Shown here piece after piece: positions 34,382-46,645 of a stretch of 64,000 nt of DNA. Origin of the DNA: an uncultured Planctomycetaceae bacterium (GTDB lineage: Bacteria > Planctomycetota > Planctomycetia > Planctomycetales > Planctomycetaceae); NCBI GenBank assembly GCA_963815195.1, contig CAWFGE010000012.1, positions 96,001-160,000 of the forward strand, given 5' to 3'. Each line of letters opens with the position of its first letter. The stretch's first letter is position 1. The notes beneath the pieces were generated by a model. It worked only from the letters and a program-made list of their open reading frames with translations. It was not told the origin of the DNA and ran no database searches. The position numbers were made by a program, and so were the translations under genes.

Positions 34382-34489
34382 TCGGCAGGTTCAGGGCCCC
34401 GGCGAGAGGCTTTCGCATTCGGGCGGGTTTCACTATAACCGGCTCTTGTTCCGAGGGTTGTTTTTTGGTTTTGAGTGAAGTGGTTCCTC

Positions 34490-35707
34490 ATGGCTCCAGA
34501 TCGGCCTCCGCTGGTGGTGGGCGTGCCCCGCGAGACGTTTCCGGACGAACGCCGCGTGGCGGTGGTTCCCGCGACGGCGAAGATGCTGCAAAAAGCCGGG
34601 CTGAAGGTGGTGCTCGAATCGGGGGCCGGGCATGCGGCCGGTTTTCCCGATGCCGACTACGAGCATCAAAACGTGCACATCGCGGCGAGGCGGGAGGAAG
34701 TCTTCGAGACCGCCGACGTTCTGGCGAGCGTGCGGGCGGGCGGGGCGAATCCGGAGTTGGGCGGGGCCGACATCGCCCGCTTGCGGGACGGGCAGATTTG
34801 GATCGCGATGTGCGATCCGCTGTCGAAGCCGGGGCCGATCCAGGAGATGGCCGAACGCGGGGCGATGGTATTCGCTTTGGAATTGCTCCCGCGAATCACG
34901 CGGGCCCAGAGCATGGACGTGCTGTCGTCGATGGCGACGGTCGCGGGGTATAAAGCCGTGCTCCTGGCGGCCGACACGCTGCCGCGGATGTTTCCAATGC
35001 TGATGACGGCCGCGGGCACCGTGGCGCCCGCGAAGGTCTTCATCGTGGGAGCGGGCGTCGCGGGACTGCAAGCGATCGCCACGGCGAAACGGCTCGGGGC
35101 GGTCGTCAGCGCCTACGACGTGAGGCCCGCCGTCAAAGAGCAGGTCGAAAGCCTGGGCGGAAAGTTCGTCGAGTTCCAGCTCGAAACCGAAACCGCCGAG
35201 GCGAAAGGCGGCTACGCCAAGGCGATGGATGAGGAGTTCTACGTCAAACAGCGCGAGATCATGACCAAAGTCGTCGCCGGGAGCGACGTGGTCATCACCA
35301 CCGCCGCCGTGCCCGGCAAGACTGCCCCGGTGCTGGTCACGGCCGAGATGGTTCGCGGCATGGCCCCCGGTTCGGTGATCGTCGATCTCGCGGCGGAGCG
35401 CGGCGGGAACTGCGAACTCACGAAACTCGACCAAACGGTCGTCGAACGGGACGTGACGATTTTAGGGCCGGGAAACCTCGCCTCGTCGATTCCCTATCAC
35501 GCCAGCGAAATGTACGCCAGGAACGTCGCGACCTTCCTCAAGCATCTGGTCAACACCGGCATGGGGAGCGAACGCCAATTGCCCGCGGAGATTGAAGACG
35601 AAATCCTCCGCGACACGCTCATCACCCGCGGGGGCGAAGTCATCCACCCCCGCCTCCGCGATCAACTCGGCCTCGAACCGCCCGGAAGCTTATTGACGGG
35701 GGACTGA
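34490..35707 (+). CDS. pntA: NAD(P) transhydrogenase alpha subunit, soluble domain I (PntAA)
   Basis: ERRVA, PRITRAQSMDVLSS, GAGVAGLQAIATAKRLGA, GGYAK and DLAAERGGNC. No TM tail. Confidence 0.9.
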   Translation: MAPDRPPLVVGVPRETFPDERRVAVVPATAKMLQKAGLKVVLESGAGHAAGFPDADYEHQNVHIAARREEVFETADVLASVRAGGANPELGGADIARLRDGQIWIAMCDPLSKPGPIQEMAERGAMVFALELLPRITRAQSMDVLSSMATVAGYKAVLLAADTLPRMFPMLMTAAGTVAPAKVFIVGAGVAGLQAIATAKRLGAVVSAYDVRPAVKEQVESLGGKFVEFQLETETAEAKGGYAKAMDEEFYVKQREIMTKVVAGSDVVITTAAVPGKTAPVLVTAEMVRGMAPGSVIVDLAAERGGNCELTKLDQTVVERDVTILGPGNLASSIPYHASEMYARNVATFLKHLVNTGMGSERQLPAEIEDEILRDTLITRGGEVIHPRLRDQLGLEPPGSLLTGD

Positions 35708-35723
35708 GCTGAGCGTCTGTCCC

Positions 35724-35836
35724 GAACATCGCCCTTCGCTCCGCGAAGGTGGCGTATTGGTTGTTCGACGAGGTATGGAATCCGAACTTCGACTGAGAAT
35801 CTTCGCGCTCCCTTCGCGGAGCGAAGGGCGACGTTC
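35724..35836. repeat. Inverted REP-like pair (TCGCCCTTCGCTCCGCGAAGG family)
   Basis: gaacatcgcccttcgctccgcgaagg ... ccttcgcggagcgaagggcgacgttc, 26-bp arms with one mismatch. Confidence 0.8.
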
Positions 35837-36041
35837 CCGGCTTATGGGACAGACTCTACGCTAAGCGAGGGACAGTTCGAGGCATTGGCCGGAGAATTGT
35901 CGAGGCGATTCGCCAAGGGTCTCAACGGCTTTTTCCACCAAGGCGTGCAAAGTTTTCGGGGCGGAGGGTGGTCCCGGCGGGCCGGATTCGTTAGAAGGTG
36001 GACGCCGATTGCAAAACCTCCCAACCTGCCACGGAACGAGA

Positions 36042-37840
36042 ATGTCCGCCGCGAACGATTTCGCAAATCCCGCCGCCGAGTATGACCGCCGGCTCTCAGG
36101 CCGCCAACAGACGGCAGCCCGCTGCGCCGACGCGGATCGGAAATATTCACAGGGCCGCGGCGCGGTGTTTCTCGCGGCCTTGGGTCTGGCGGCCGCCGTC
36201 TGGAACGTCGGTCTTTCGCCGTGGTGGCTTTTGGTGCCGTTGGCCGTTTTTACCGGGCTGGTGATCGCGCACGGCAAAGCGGTTCGCGAGTGCAGCGCGC
36301 CCGCCGGGCCGTCAATTATTACACGACCGCCCAAAGGCGCATCAAAGACCGCTGGATGGATGACGGCGCGACCGGCCAGCGCTATCGGGATCCCGAACAT
36401 CCTTACGCGGGGGATTTGGATTTGTTCGGCACGGCGTCGCTGTTTCAATTGATCTGCCGGGCTCGCACGCGATTGGGCGAAGATGCCCTCGCCCTTTGGC
36501 TTAAAGCCCCGGCGGAGCGGGAAATCATCCGGGAACGCCAGCAGGCGATCGATGAACTGCGGGGCCGGCTCGATTTGCGGGAAGAGCTCGCCCTGCTCGA
36601 TGCCAAGGTCCAGGAGGACTTGAACCAGAATCGGCTTCTCGCGTGGGCGAATGAACCCGCGCATCCCGTGAGCCGGGGACGCCGCATCGCGGCGGTGGTG
36701 GTTTCGGTGGTGGCGGTCGCGGGTCTTGTGGGTTGGATGCTGGGCATGCGGGTCTCGTTCGCGATCGCGGCGTTGCTCGTGCTTTTGGGGTTTATGGCGC
36801 TGTTCGCCCAAGCCATCAGGCGGGTCGCCGAATCGATCGACGCGGTTGGCTCCGGGCTCGCGATTTTGTCGCAAGTGCTCAGCGTCATCGAACACGAACA
36901 GTTCCAATCGCCGATGCTCGCGGAAACCCGCCGAAAGCTGGACACCGACGGCCATCCGCCTTCGTGGGAAATCGCCCGGCTCAACCGGTTGATCCAAAGC
37001 CTGCGGAATTGCTTGCAGAACCAGTTCTTCGCCCTGTTCGGATTTCTGTTGTGCCTGCCCGTGCATGTGGTCCATGCGATCGAAGTCTGGCGGGAACGCG
37101 TGGGGCCGCATATTGCGGATTGGCTCGAAGCCGCCGGCAAGTTTGAGGCCCTGTCCTCGCTCGCGGGATATGCCTACGAGCATCCCGGCGATCCGTTCCC
37201 GGAGATTGTGACGGAGTCGCCGCTGCTCAACGGGGTGCAATTGGGGCATCCCTTGTTGCCCGCCGCGGCCTGCGTGCGAAACAACGTCAAACTCGATGCG
37301 GGGCTGCGGCTGATTCTTGTCAGCGGCTCGAACATGTCCGGCAAGAGCACGCTGTTAAGAACCGTGGGCACGAATGTCGTGCTGGGGCTCTGCGGAGCGC
37401 CGGTGCGGGCCGAGTCGTTTAGGCTTTCGCCGGTGCAAGTCGGCACGGCGATGCGGATCAACGATTCCCTGCAGGACGGCAAGTCGCTGTTTTATGCGGT
37501 CGTCAGCCGGTTAAAAATGGTGGTGGATCTCGCCGACCGGAAACTGCCGCTATTGTTTCTGTTGGACGAGATTCTGCAGGGCACGAATTCGCACGACCGC
37601 CGAGTGGGGGCGGAAGGCGTGATCCGCAAACTGGTCGAGGAAGGCTCCGTGGGTCTCGTGACCACGCACGATTTGGCGCTTGCGCAAATTGTCGATTCGC
37701 TGGACGGCCGCGCGGTGAACTGCCACTTCGAAGACCAGCTCGTGGCGGGCAAGATGAGCTTCGATTACACGATCCGCCCCGGCGTCGTCGAGAAAAGCAA
37801 CGCCCTCGAATTGATGCGGCTTTTGGGTCTGGATGTGTGA
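36042..37840 (+). CDS. Membrane-anchored MutS-like ATPase (domain V), frameshifted near 36295
   Basis: TM pairs, HPYAGDLDLFG..SLFQ, HPLL, GSNMSGKST, LDEILQGTNS and TTHD. Confidence 0.88.
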
Positions 37841-37967
37841 TCTCCGCGTCCCGACGCCGCGGCGAACAATCCGCCTTGCCTGGTTTGGACAAGACCTATA
37901 CAACGTCAAATAGGCGGAGGGTCGTATTTTTTGGCCTTCGCCGGCTTCTCTCACGAGGGGAGAAGGA

Positions 37968-40900
37968 ATGGAATCGGCGGCTATGGAGAAACTCATGACC
38001 TTATCAACTTCCCCCAATTCCCACCGATTTTTGCCGCTGCGCGGGATTTGGCTACTGGGAATGTGCGTGCTTTGGGGATGGGGGCCGGTCGCGCCCGCTC
38101 AGCAGCCGAATTCACCTCCTCCCGCGACAAAACCCCCCGCGCAGAACGCCGCGGACCCTCCGATCATCCAGACGTTGCCGATGCCGGAGAACGCGGCTCC
38201 GCCCAAGGACAAGCCGGCGTCCCCGTTGTTTTCGGATTCGCTTTCCAAGCTTTCCAAAGAAACGGTGGAGAGCCGGCTCAAAGAGGCCGGCAATGATCCG
38301 AATTTGGACAAAACCCAAAAAGAGAATCTCACCGCGCTTTATCAGCAGGCTTTGAACGACCTGGCGGAGGCGGCGGCCCAGGACGCCGAGGCGGCGAACT
38401 ATGTGCAGCAAATGCAAGAGATTCCCGCGAAAATCCAAGAGGCGAAGAAAACCAAAGAAGCCTTGGAGAAACAGGCCCTCGAGCAGCCGCCCGACAAGCC
38501 GGCCTCCGTGGAGATTCCTCCCGAAGCGACGCTGACGGAACTCCAGCAGACATTGGCGGCCCGCGAAGAGGAAAAGTCCAATGAAAAGAAACTTTTCGAA
38601 GATGCCGTCAATATGCTGAAAGACTTCACTGCGCAGCAAAACGATTTGACGCAGCGGCGGAAAACGGCTCAGGACGGGCTGGCCGAGACGGAACAGAAGC
38701 TCAAAGGTTTGCCCGCCAATGCGGTGCCTTCGACGCCGAAAACGCTCGCCGAACGCACGCAGCTCCGCGCCCGCGCAAAAATGGCAGGCGACCCTGGCCC
38801 GGCTGGACAAGGAAGAAGCCTGGCGGAAGGAGCGGATGGCATTGGTCCCGTTGGAGCGCGACATCGCCGCCAAGCGGGAAATGCAGTTGGAGTCCATCAT
38901 TCAAGGCTGGCGGAAGGCCGTCGCGGTGAAACGCCAAAACGACCTCGAGCAGCAAAAAGCCGAGGCCGAGTCGCTCGTCCGAGAGGCGGAGGGTTTCAAG
39001 CAGTATGCGGGCATCGGCGACCGCGCCCGCAGAATTGTCGAGCTGACCGAACTCCGCCGGAAAACGGCCGCGGAAATCCCGCAGGCGGTCAAAGAACTGG
39101 ATTCCGCCAAAGCCCAATTGAAAACCCTGGAGGACAATTTCAAGCAAAGCCGCGAGCGGGTCACCGTGGCCGGCCGCACGATGAACGTGGGCACGCTGCT
39201 CCGCATTCAGCAGAAGAAACTGCCCAACGTCCGCAAGCTGGAGCAGAACATCCATTCGCGGCAGGATGAAATTCAGCATTTGGAACTCTCGTCGTTCGAG
39301 TTCACCGACCGCACGAAGGAGTTGGCCTCGCAGTCGGCGGTGGAGTTGGTCAACTCGCTCGAACCGCCGCCCGAAGCGGACGAGCGGGTGAAGTTGGAGT
39401 CCTTCGTGGCAAAACTGCTCGAGACGGAAACGAGGCACCTCGATGCGCTCAACAAGGATTACAACGACCTTTTAGACAAGCTGTTGGAACTGGACAAAGA
39501 CGAAAAGCAGCTCATCGAGAAGACAAACGACTACAGCCAATTCATCGGCGAGCACGTGCTCTGGATTCGCAGCTCCGAACCGCTGTGGAAGCAGCCTTTC
39601 CGCGACTTTCAGAGCGCGTTGGGGGAACTGTTTCAGGCGAACGATTGGGCCAACGTGCTTTCCACGTTGGGGCAGGACTTTTGGGACAGCCCGGCGGTGT
39701 GGGCGGCCGCGATCGCCCTTTTCGGGTTGTTGTTCATCCAGCATCACCGGATGAAACGGCAAATCGACGAGATTGGCAAGAGCATGAACAAGCGGGGGCT
39801 CACCGAATTCCGCCCCACGCTCCGCGTGCTCGCCAATACCATTTTCATCGCGATCCTCTGGCCCGCCGTCTTGTGCTGGGTCGGCTACCGCTTGTTCCAC
39901 CGTTTGGAGACCCCCGTGGCGGTCGCGGCGGTCGGGTCGGCTTTATTCGCGATGGGATTGATTTTCTTCCCGCTCGAACTGTTGCGGCAAAGCTGCCGGA
40001 CCAACGGCCTCGTGCAATCGCATTTCACCTGGCCGGCGCCGGTGGTGACGATGATCCGCCGGAACCTCCGCTGGCTGAAACTGTTCGCCCCGCCGTTCGC
40101 CTTCGTGGCGGCCCTGTTTCATGCCGCCGGAGGCACCGCGCTCGAAGCCCACGAATCCCTGGGCCGGGCGTGCTTCGTGGCGGCGCTCCTGCTGGCCGCG
40201 TTGTTTTTGCATCGCGTCCTTCGGCCGTCCGGGGCAACGTTTCGGGCCCTGGTCGCCAATCGGCATGGAGGCTGGATCGAGCGGCTCAAATACGTGTTCT
40301 ACGCGGTGGGGGTCCTAGTGCCCGTGTCGCTCGCGGGTCTGGCCGTGTTCGGCTATTACTACACCGCCGAGCAACTCGTGGGCCGGTCGTATGCGACGCT
40401 GCTTTTGGTCCTCGCCGTCTTGATTTTGGATGCTTTGATTCTCCGCTGGCTCTTGGTGACCCGCCGGCGGCTGGCGATGGATCAGTTACGCCAACGCCGC
40501 CAGGCCGCGCTGGCCCAGGCCCAAGCCGCTCAAGCGGCCGGCGGCACGCCCGGTGCCGCTTCGCCGGTCATTCCCAACCCCGTCGAAGCCGACGATGAGC
40601 GGTTGGACGTTTCGGAGATGAACGACCAGACCCGGCAACTGATCCGCAGCCTGCTCTTCGTGGGAATCGTCGTCGGGCTGTGGGGCGTCTGGGTGGATGT
40701 GCTGCCGGCGCTCGCGGTGCTGAAAAAAGTCCAAATCCACGCGTTGACGATCGAGCGCGTGATCGAAGAACCCGCGAAGCCGGTCACCAAAGCCACAGAA
40801 ACCCCCTCGGCGACCGGGGCGGCCGCCGCCACCCCGGCCACGGCCACGAACGAAGCCGCCGAGAAACCCGCGGAAACCACCAAGAGAATCATCCGCGTAC

Positions 40901-41760
40901 CCATTACGCTCGCGGATTTGCTGTTGGCGGTGATCCTGTTGATCGTCGCCATCGGAGCCGCCCGCAACCTGCCGGGCATGTTGGAAATGATCGTGCTCCA
41001 ACGCCTGCCCATCGACAACGCCGCGCGGTACGCGATCACCACGCTCGCCCAATACGGCTTGATGATCGTCGGGATCAGCGCGGCCTTCTATGTCGTCGGC
41101 CTCCGCTGGCAGAACGTGCAATGGCTGGCGGCGGCCCTCATGGTCGGCCTGGGCTTCGGCCTTCAGGAAATCTTCGCGAATTTCTTCTCCGGCATGATCG
41201 TGCTTCTGGAACGCCCGGTCCGCGTGGGCGACATCGTCACCGTGGGCAGCACCACCGGCATCGTCACCCGCATCCGCATGCGGGCCACCACGATCACCAA
41301 CTGGGAACGCCAGGAGATGATCATCCCCAACAAGGACCTCATCACCGGCACCGTGCTCAACTGGACGCTCTCGGATACCATCCAGCGCGTGTTTATCCAA
41401 GTCGGCGTCGCCTACGGCTCGGACACCGACAAGGCGACGAAGACGCTTTACAAGGTGCTCAAAAACCACCCCGCGGTCCTGGACGACCCGCCGCCTTTGG
41501 TCACGTTCGCGGGCTTCGGCGACAGCACGCTCGATTTTGAAGTCCGCTGCTTCCTGCCGAACGCCGCCATCAAGCTGGCGACCACGCACGAACTGCACAT
41601 GAACATCGACCGGGCGTTCCGCGACGCCAACATCGAAATCGCCTTTCCCCAACGCGATTTGCACATCCGCTCGGTGGAATCGGCGTTCCCGATCAAGCAG
41701 GTTTCCGCCACCATCAACGGCCAACCCGCAAAAGAGTCGGCCGTTTCCAAAGGGGCATAA
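37968..41760 (+). CDS. MscK/KefA-like large mechanosensitive channel (MscS family), frameshifted near 38780
   Basis: Signal peptide, long coiled coil, multi-TM region, GLGFGLQEIFANF, ERPVRVGD, IRMRAT, IIPNK and GVAYGSD. Confidence 0.9.
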
Positions 41761-41796
41761 GCAGCCCGCTTTTTGATGGGCTGTTCGCAATTCACC

Positions 41797-41872
41797 CCAA
41801 GCCGCCGGCTTGCCGGCGAACCGACGCCAAGGCGTCGGCTTGGGCGGCGAACCGACGCCAAGCCGCCGGCTG
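41797..41872. repeat. ~2.5 tandem copies of a 30-31-bp palindromic unit CCAAG(c/g)CG(c/t)CGGCTTG..CGGCGAACCGACG
   Basis: Units start at 41797, 41827 and 41858, between convergent mscK and clpS. Confidence 0.75.
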
Positions 41873-41926
41873 AAAGTAGGCTTCCGCCGTGAGGAGTTGT
41901 TCCGCGGTGGACATGCTTTTGGGCTT

Positions 41927-42304
41927 TTATTCGGAAGGCAAGGGTTCAATGGTCACGCCCAGCGGAAACCGCACGGTCTGCTGGGCGTAATGATCGGGGC
42001 CGAAGCCGCGAATCTGATCTCGCTTGAGTTCCGCAACTTCTTTGGGCCCGGTCCAGACAGCGGCCCGCCCCGTGAGATCGACCGCCTGCGTCAGGATGAA
42101 CGCCTTTTGCAAATCGTGCCCGCAGACTTTCTGCAGCACTTCGATCACATATTCGTACGTGTGGTGGTCGTCGTCGTGCACGATGACCGCATAGGGCGGT
42201 TGCTTTTTGGGCCGCTTCTTGTCTTCGGTCTTCGTGCCGGTTTTGGATTTCGTGCGAACCTGCGGCTCTTCGAGCGTCGTGGTTCCCGGTTGTTCTTCGG
42301 CCAT
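41927..42304 (-). CDS. clpS: ATP-dependent Clp protease adaptor ClpS
   Basis: PPYAVIVHDDDHHTYEYVIEVL, VDLTGRA and FPLGVTIEP. Confidence 0.85.
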   Translation of the reverse strand: MAEEQPGTTTLEEPQVRTKSKTGTKTEDKKRPKKQPPYAVIVHDDDHHTYEYVIEVLQKVCGHDLQKAFILTQAVDLTGRAAVWTGPKEVAELKRDQIRGFGPDHYAQQTVRFPLGVTIEPLPSE

Positions 42305-42546
42305 AGATTGACAATCTCCCAACAATTCTGATGACCCGGCCCGTGAACGTCTTCCTTTTTTGTAACAGATTCTTTGGGCAAACGTAACATCTCATTGGGC
42401 GGCGGTTGCCGAATTGCGTGGCACGGGGGTGGACCACCTTTCAGGCGGTGCCCGCACACGAATGGTTTAATCCGCGTTCATTTTTAATCGAAATCCCCTC
42501 ATCCGGCCTTCCTGTGCGTCTCACGAAAGTAGGTAATGGGCCAATT

Positions 42547-42584
42547 TGGGTGGCACGTCGCTGAGGCTCAGGGCGTGCCACCCA
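42547..42584. repeat. GGGTGGCACG-family REP-like palindrome (collapsed form)
   Basis: tgggtggcacgtcgctgaggctcagggcgtgccaccca. Confidence 0.7.
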
Positions 42585-42735
42585 GATTTTCCAACGACCT
42601 TCGTGAGACACACGGCCGGCCTTCGGCCACAGGGGGATTGCATTGCCGGCGAACGTTTCTGGGATTACGGTTTATGGGCACAAACTTTCAACAGAAGCCT
42701 CTCCCGCGAACCCGCCCATTAGAAACCGGTTCCCC

Positions 42736-43965
42736 ATGAGTATTCAAATTCAACGCATCCGCGCAATTCCCACGGCCCCGGCGGGCATTCGGCTCGTCGT
42801 CGTCAAAGTGGAAACCACCGAGCCGGGTCTGTATGGCCTCGGTTGTGCCACGTTTACGCAGCGGCCGCTCGCGGTGATCGAAGCGGTGCATCAATATCTC
42901 GACCCGTTTCTCCGCGGGCGAAATGTCAACGAGATCGAAGACATCTTTCTCTCGGCCCAGGTGAGTTCCTACTGGCGGAGCGGCCCGGTGCTCAACAATG
43001 CCCTCTCCGGCGTGGACATGGCGCTGTGGGACATCAAAGGCAAACTCGCGGGCATGCCGGTCTATGAACTTTTAGGAGGGCCCTGCCGGCGGGCGGTGCC
43101 GGTTTACGTCCACGCCAGCGGCGGCACGTTTGAAGAGGTCGTCGCCCAGGCCCGAAGCTGGATGGAGCAGGGCGTCCGCCATGTGCGTCTGCAGATCGGC
43201 GTCGCGGGTCAAGCCAGCTATGGAACCAAGTCGGACCTCCAAAGCTCCGAGGAAGCCGACGGCCCGCTGTCGCCCCGGAACATCTTCGAGCCGGCCGATT
43301 ACGTGCGGATCGTGCCTCGACTCTTCGAGTATGCCCGGAACGAACTCGGCGAGGAGGTGGAACTGCTCCATGACATTCACGAGCGCATCCCCGCGCCGAT
43401 GGCGATTCAATTGGCGAAGGATTTGGAGCCTTATCGGCTGTTCTTTTTGGAGGATCCGTTGCCGCCGGAGGAACTCGCGTTGTTCCGGCATTTTCGGACG
43501 CACACCGCGGTCCCGCTGGCGATGGGGGAATTGTTTACGAACATCAACGAGTTTTTGCCTTTGATCCGCGAGCAGTTGATCGATTTCATCCGCGTGCATC
43601 TTTCGGAAATCGGCGGACTGACGCCGGCCCGCAAACTGGCCGCGACCTGCGAGCTCTTCGGCATTCGCACGGCCTGGCATGGACCGGGCGACACCTCGCC
43701 CATCGGCCACGCCGCGAATTTGGCCTTGGACCTGGCGGCGCCCAACTTCGGGATTCAGGAGTTTACCCCGTTCAACCAGGCGACGCTCGACGTGTTCCCC
43801 GGGTGCTTCGAGTTTCGCGAAGGCTGCCTGTGGCCCGACAATCGGCCCGGCTGGGGCATCGATATCGATGAGACCCTCGCTGGGAACTTCCCCTTTCCCG
43901 AGCATCCCTACAACGGAGCCTGGCCCGCGATCCGCCGCCGCGACGGCAGCGTCGTGCGGCCATAA
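42736..43965 (+). CDS. Enolase-superfamily RspA/mannonate-dehydratase-like enzyme
   Basis: GLYGLGCATFTQR, YWRSGPV, DMALWDIKGK, LLHDIHER, FFLEDP, AMGEL and WHGPGD. Confidence 0.88.
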   Translation: MSIQIQRIRAIPTAPAGIRLVVVKVETTEPGLYGLGCATFTQRPLAVIEAVHQYLDPFLRGRNVNEIEDIFLSAQVSSYWRSGPVLNNALSGVDMALWDIKGKLAGMPVYELLGGPCRRAVPVYVHASGGTFEEVVAQARSWMEQGVRHVRLQIGVAGQASYGTKSDLQSSEEADGPLSPRNIFEPADYVRIVPRLFEYARNELGEEVELLHDIHERIPAPMAIQLAKDLEPYRLFFLEDPLPPEELALFRHFRTHTAVPLAMGELFTNINEFLPLIREQLIDFIRVHLSEIGGLTPARKLAATCELFGIRTAWHGPGDTSPIGHAANLALDLAAPNFGIQEFTPFNQATLDVFPGCFEFREGCLWPDNRPGWGIDIDETLAGNFPFPEHPYNGAWPAIRRRDGSVVRP

Positions 43966-43982
43966 GAATTGCTCTCAGGTTT

Positions 43983-44070
43983 GGGTGGCACGACCCTGAG
44001 GAACGAAGGGCGTGGTCTTGGCAATCGCCACGCCCTTCGCTGCATCAGGGACGTGCCACCCGTGCCACCC
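43983..44070. repeat. GGGTGGCACG-family inverted REP doublet
   Basis: gggtggcacgaccctgaggaacgaagggcgtgg ... ccacgcccttcgctgcatcagggacgtgccaccc, plus an extra gtgccaccc. Confidence 0.8.
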
Positions 44071-44084
44071 GGGCGTGACGAGCG

Positions 44085-45315
<1,231 letters not shown>

Positions 45316-45334
45316 GTTATTCTTCGAACGCGGC

Positions 45335-46333
45335 TTATTTGCCTTTTCCGAAGAACGGGAACAGTTTGCGGAGTTCGTCTTTGCTTGGCCGGCGGCCGTA
45401 TTCGCAGATTTCAAAGGCCTCGGCATGGCCGATGTTCTTGGATTGATCTTCGCCATACCACGCGGCCAAGGAGTCGCGAAAACGATCCGCAGTTCCGGCG
45501 AATCGGCGGCGGAAACTGTCCAACACCTGCTTCTGCCGGGCCGTCTTTTCATCCGGCGTGTCCGGCAGTTTTGTGATCCCGCTGCAGCAGCCGCCTTCGT
45601 AAAACTGCGATTCCAAGGCTTCCACCGCGGCGAGCTTTTTCTGGATCACGTCGTCGATGCTCACCACCACATCGGCCGAGAACGGGTTCGGCTTCTGGAA
45701 GCGGTCTTCAAAATATAAAAACACGGGATTCTTCGAGAGGAAAGGCGTGTCGGGGCAGAAGTAGGGCACGGTGACCATATACGCGGCATCCTGCACCAAC
45801 AGGCCGACGTTGCGGTGATCCGGATGATAATCGTTCGGGCGATGGCACATCACCACGTCGGCGTTCCATTCACGAATGATCCGCGTGATGGTTTTGCGGT
45901 TGTCCAAGGTCGGCAGCAATTCGCCGTCGTGGATGTCGAGCACCTGCGTTTCGATGCCGAGAATCTCGGCACAGCGGTTAACTTCGGCCGTCCGCCGCTG
46001 GGCCAAGGGGCCGCCCGCCATGTTCCAATGCCCGATGTCGCCGTTGGTGCAGGAGACGAACTTCACATGATGCCCCTGCGCGGCCCATTTCGCCGCGACG
46101 CCCGCGGCCCGCAGTTCGCAGTCATCCGGATGGGCCCCGAAGCAAATAATCCGCAGCTTGCCGTCCTCGGGAATGGCCGCGGGCACCGCCACCGCCTGCA
46201 CCGTCACGGCGGGCGGCTGGGCGAACGTTTTGCTCTCGGGCCAATCCAGCCGGAGCCAACACACGGTCGCGCAGAGCGCCGTGAGCACTCCCGCCGCAAA
46301 CCACCGCAATTTCAACAACCGCTCGCGCGACAT
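45335..46333 (-). CDS. PIG-L/LmbE family deacetylase, exported
   Basis: GAHPDDCE, TNGD.G, R..E, HPDH and AEAFE. Confidence 0.9.
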   Translation of the reverse strand: MSRERLLKLRWFAAGVLTALCATVCWLRLDWPESKTFAQPPAVTVQAVAVPAAIPEDGKLRIICFGAHPDDCELRAAGVAAKWAAQGHHVKFVSCTNGDIGHWNMAGGPLAQRRTAEVNRCAEILGIETQVLDIHDGELLPTLDNRKTITRIIREWNADVVMCHRPNDYHPDHRNVGLLVQDAAYMVTVPYFCPDTPFLSKNPVFLYFEDRFQKPNPFSADVVVSIDDVIQKKLAAVEALESQFYEGGCCSGITKLPDTPDEKTARQKQVLDSFRRRFAGTADRFRDSLAAWYGEDQSKNIGHAEAFEICEYGRRPSKDELRKLFPFFGKGK

Positions 46334-46460
46334 GGCCGACTCCTCATTGTGTGAATTTATTTCAAAAGTGCGTCCTCAAATGAAAGTACCCCGCGCTTGC
46401 GGAAGAATCAAATCCCCGGGAGGAAATCCCGTGTCTGGGTCACAAGAGTAACGAGGAATT

Positions 46461-46500
46461 GGGTGGCGCGCCCTTCGTTCCTCAGGGACCTGCCCACCCA
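46461..46500. repeat. Degenerate GGGTGGC-family REP
   Basis: gggtggcgcgcccttcgttcctcagggacctgcccaccc. Confidence 0.6.
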
Positions 46501-46645
46501 ATCCACAAAAAAAGCGAAAAGTTACGCACCTACGTTTTTGAGATACAGCGGCAAATCCGCTCCCGGCGGCGGATGTTGGCGTCCTGGATTGGTTCCGGGT
46601 TATATTGGGACGCTTGCCGCCTCTGCCCCGCGACGTTCAAAGGAG

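Noticed and set aside
34490..35707. Alanine dehydrogenase
   Set aside because: RITRAQSMDVLSS and GGYAK are transhydrogenase domain I signatures.
41797..41872. Mini-CRISPR
   Set aside because: The intervening sequences are themselves repeated, so there are no unique spacers.
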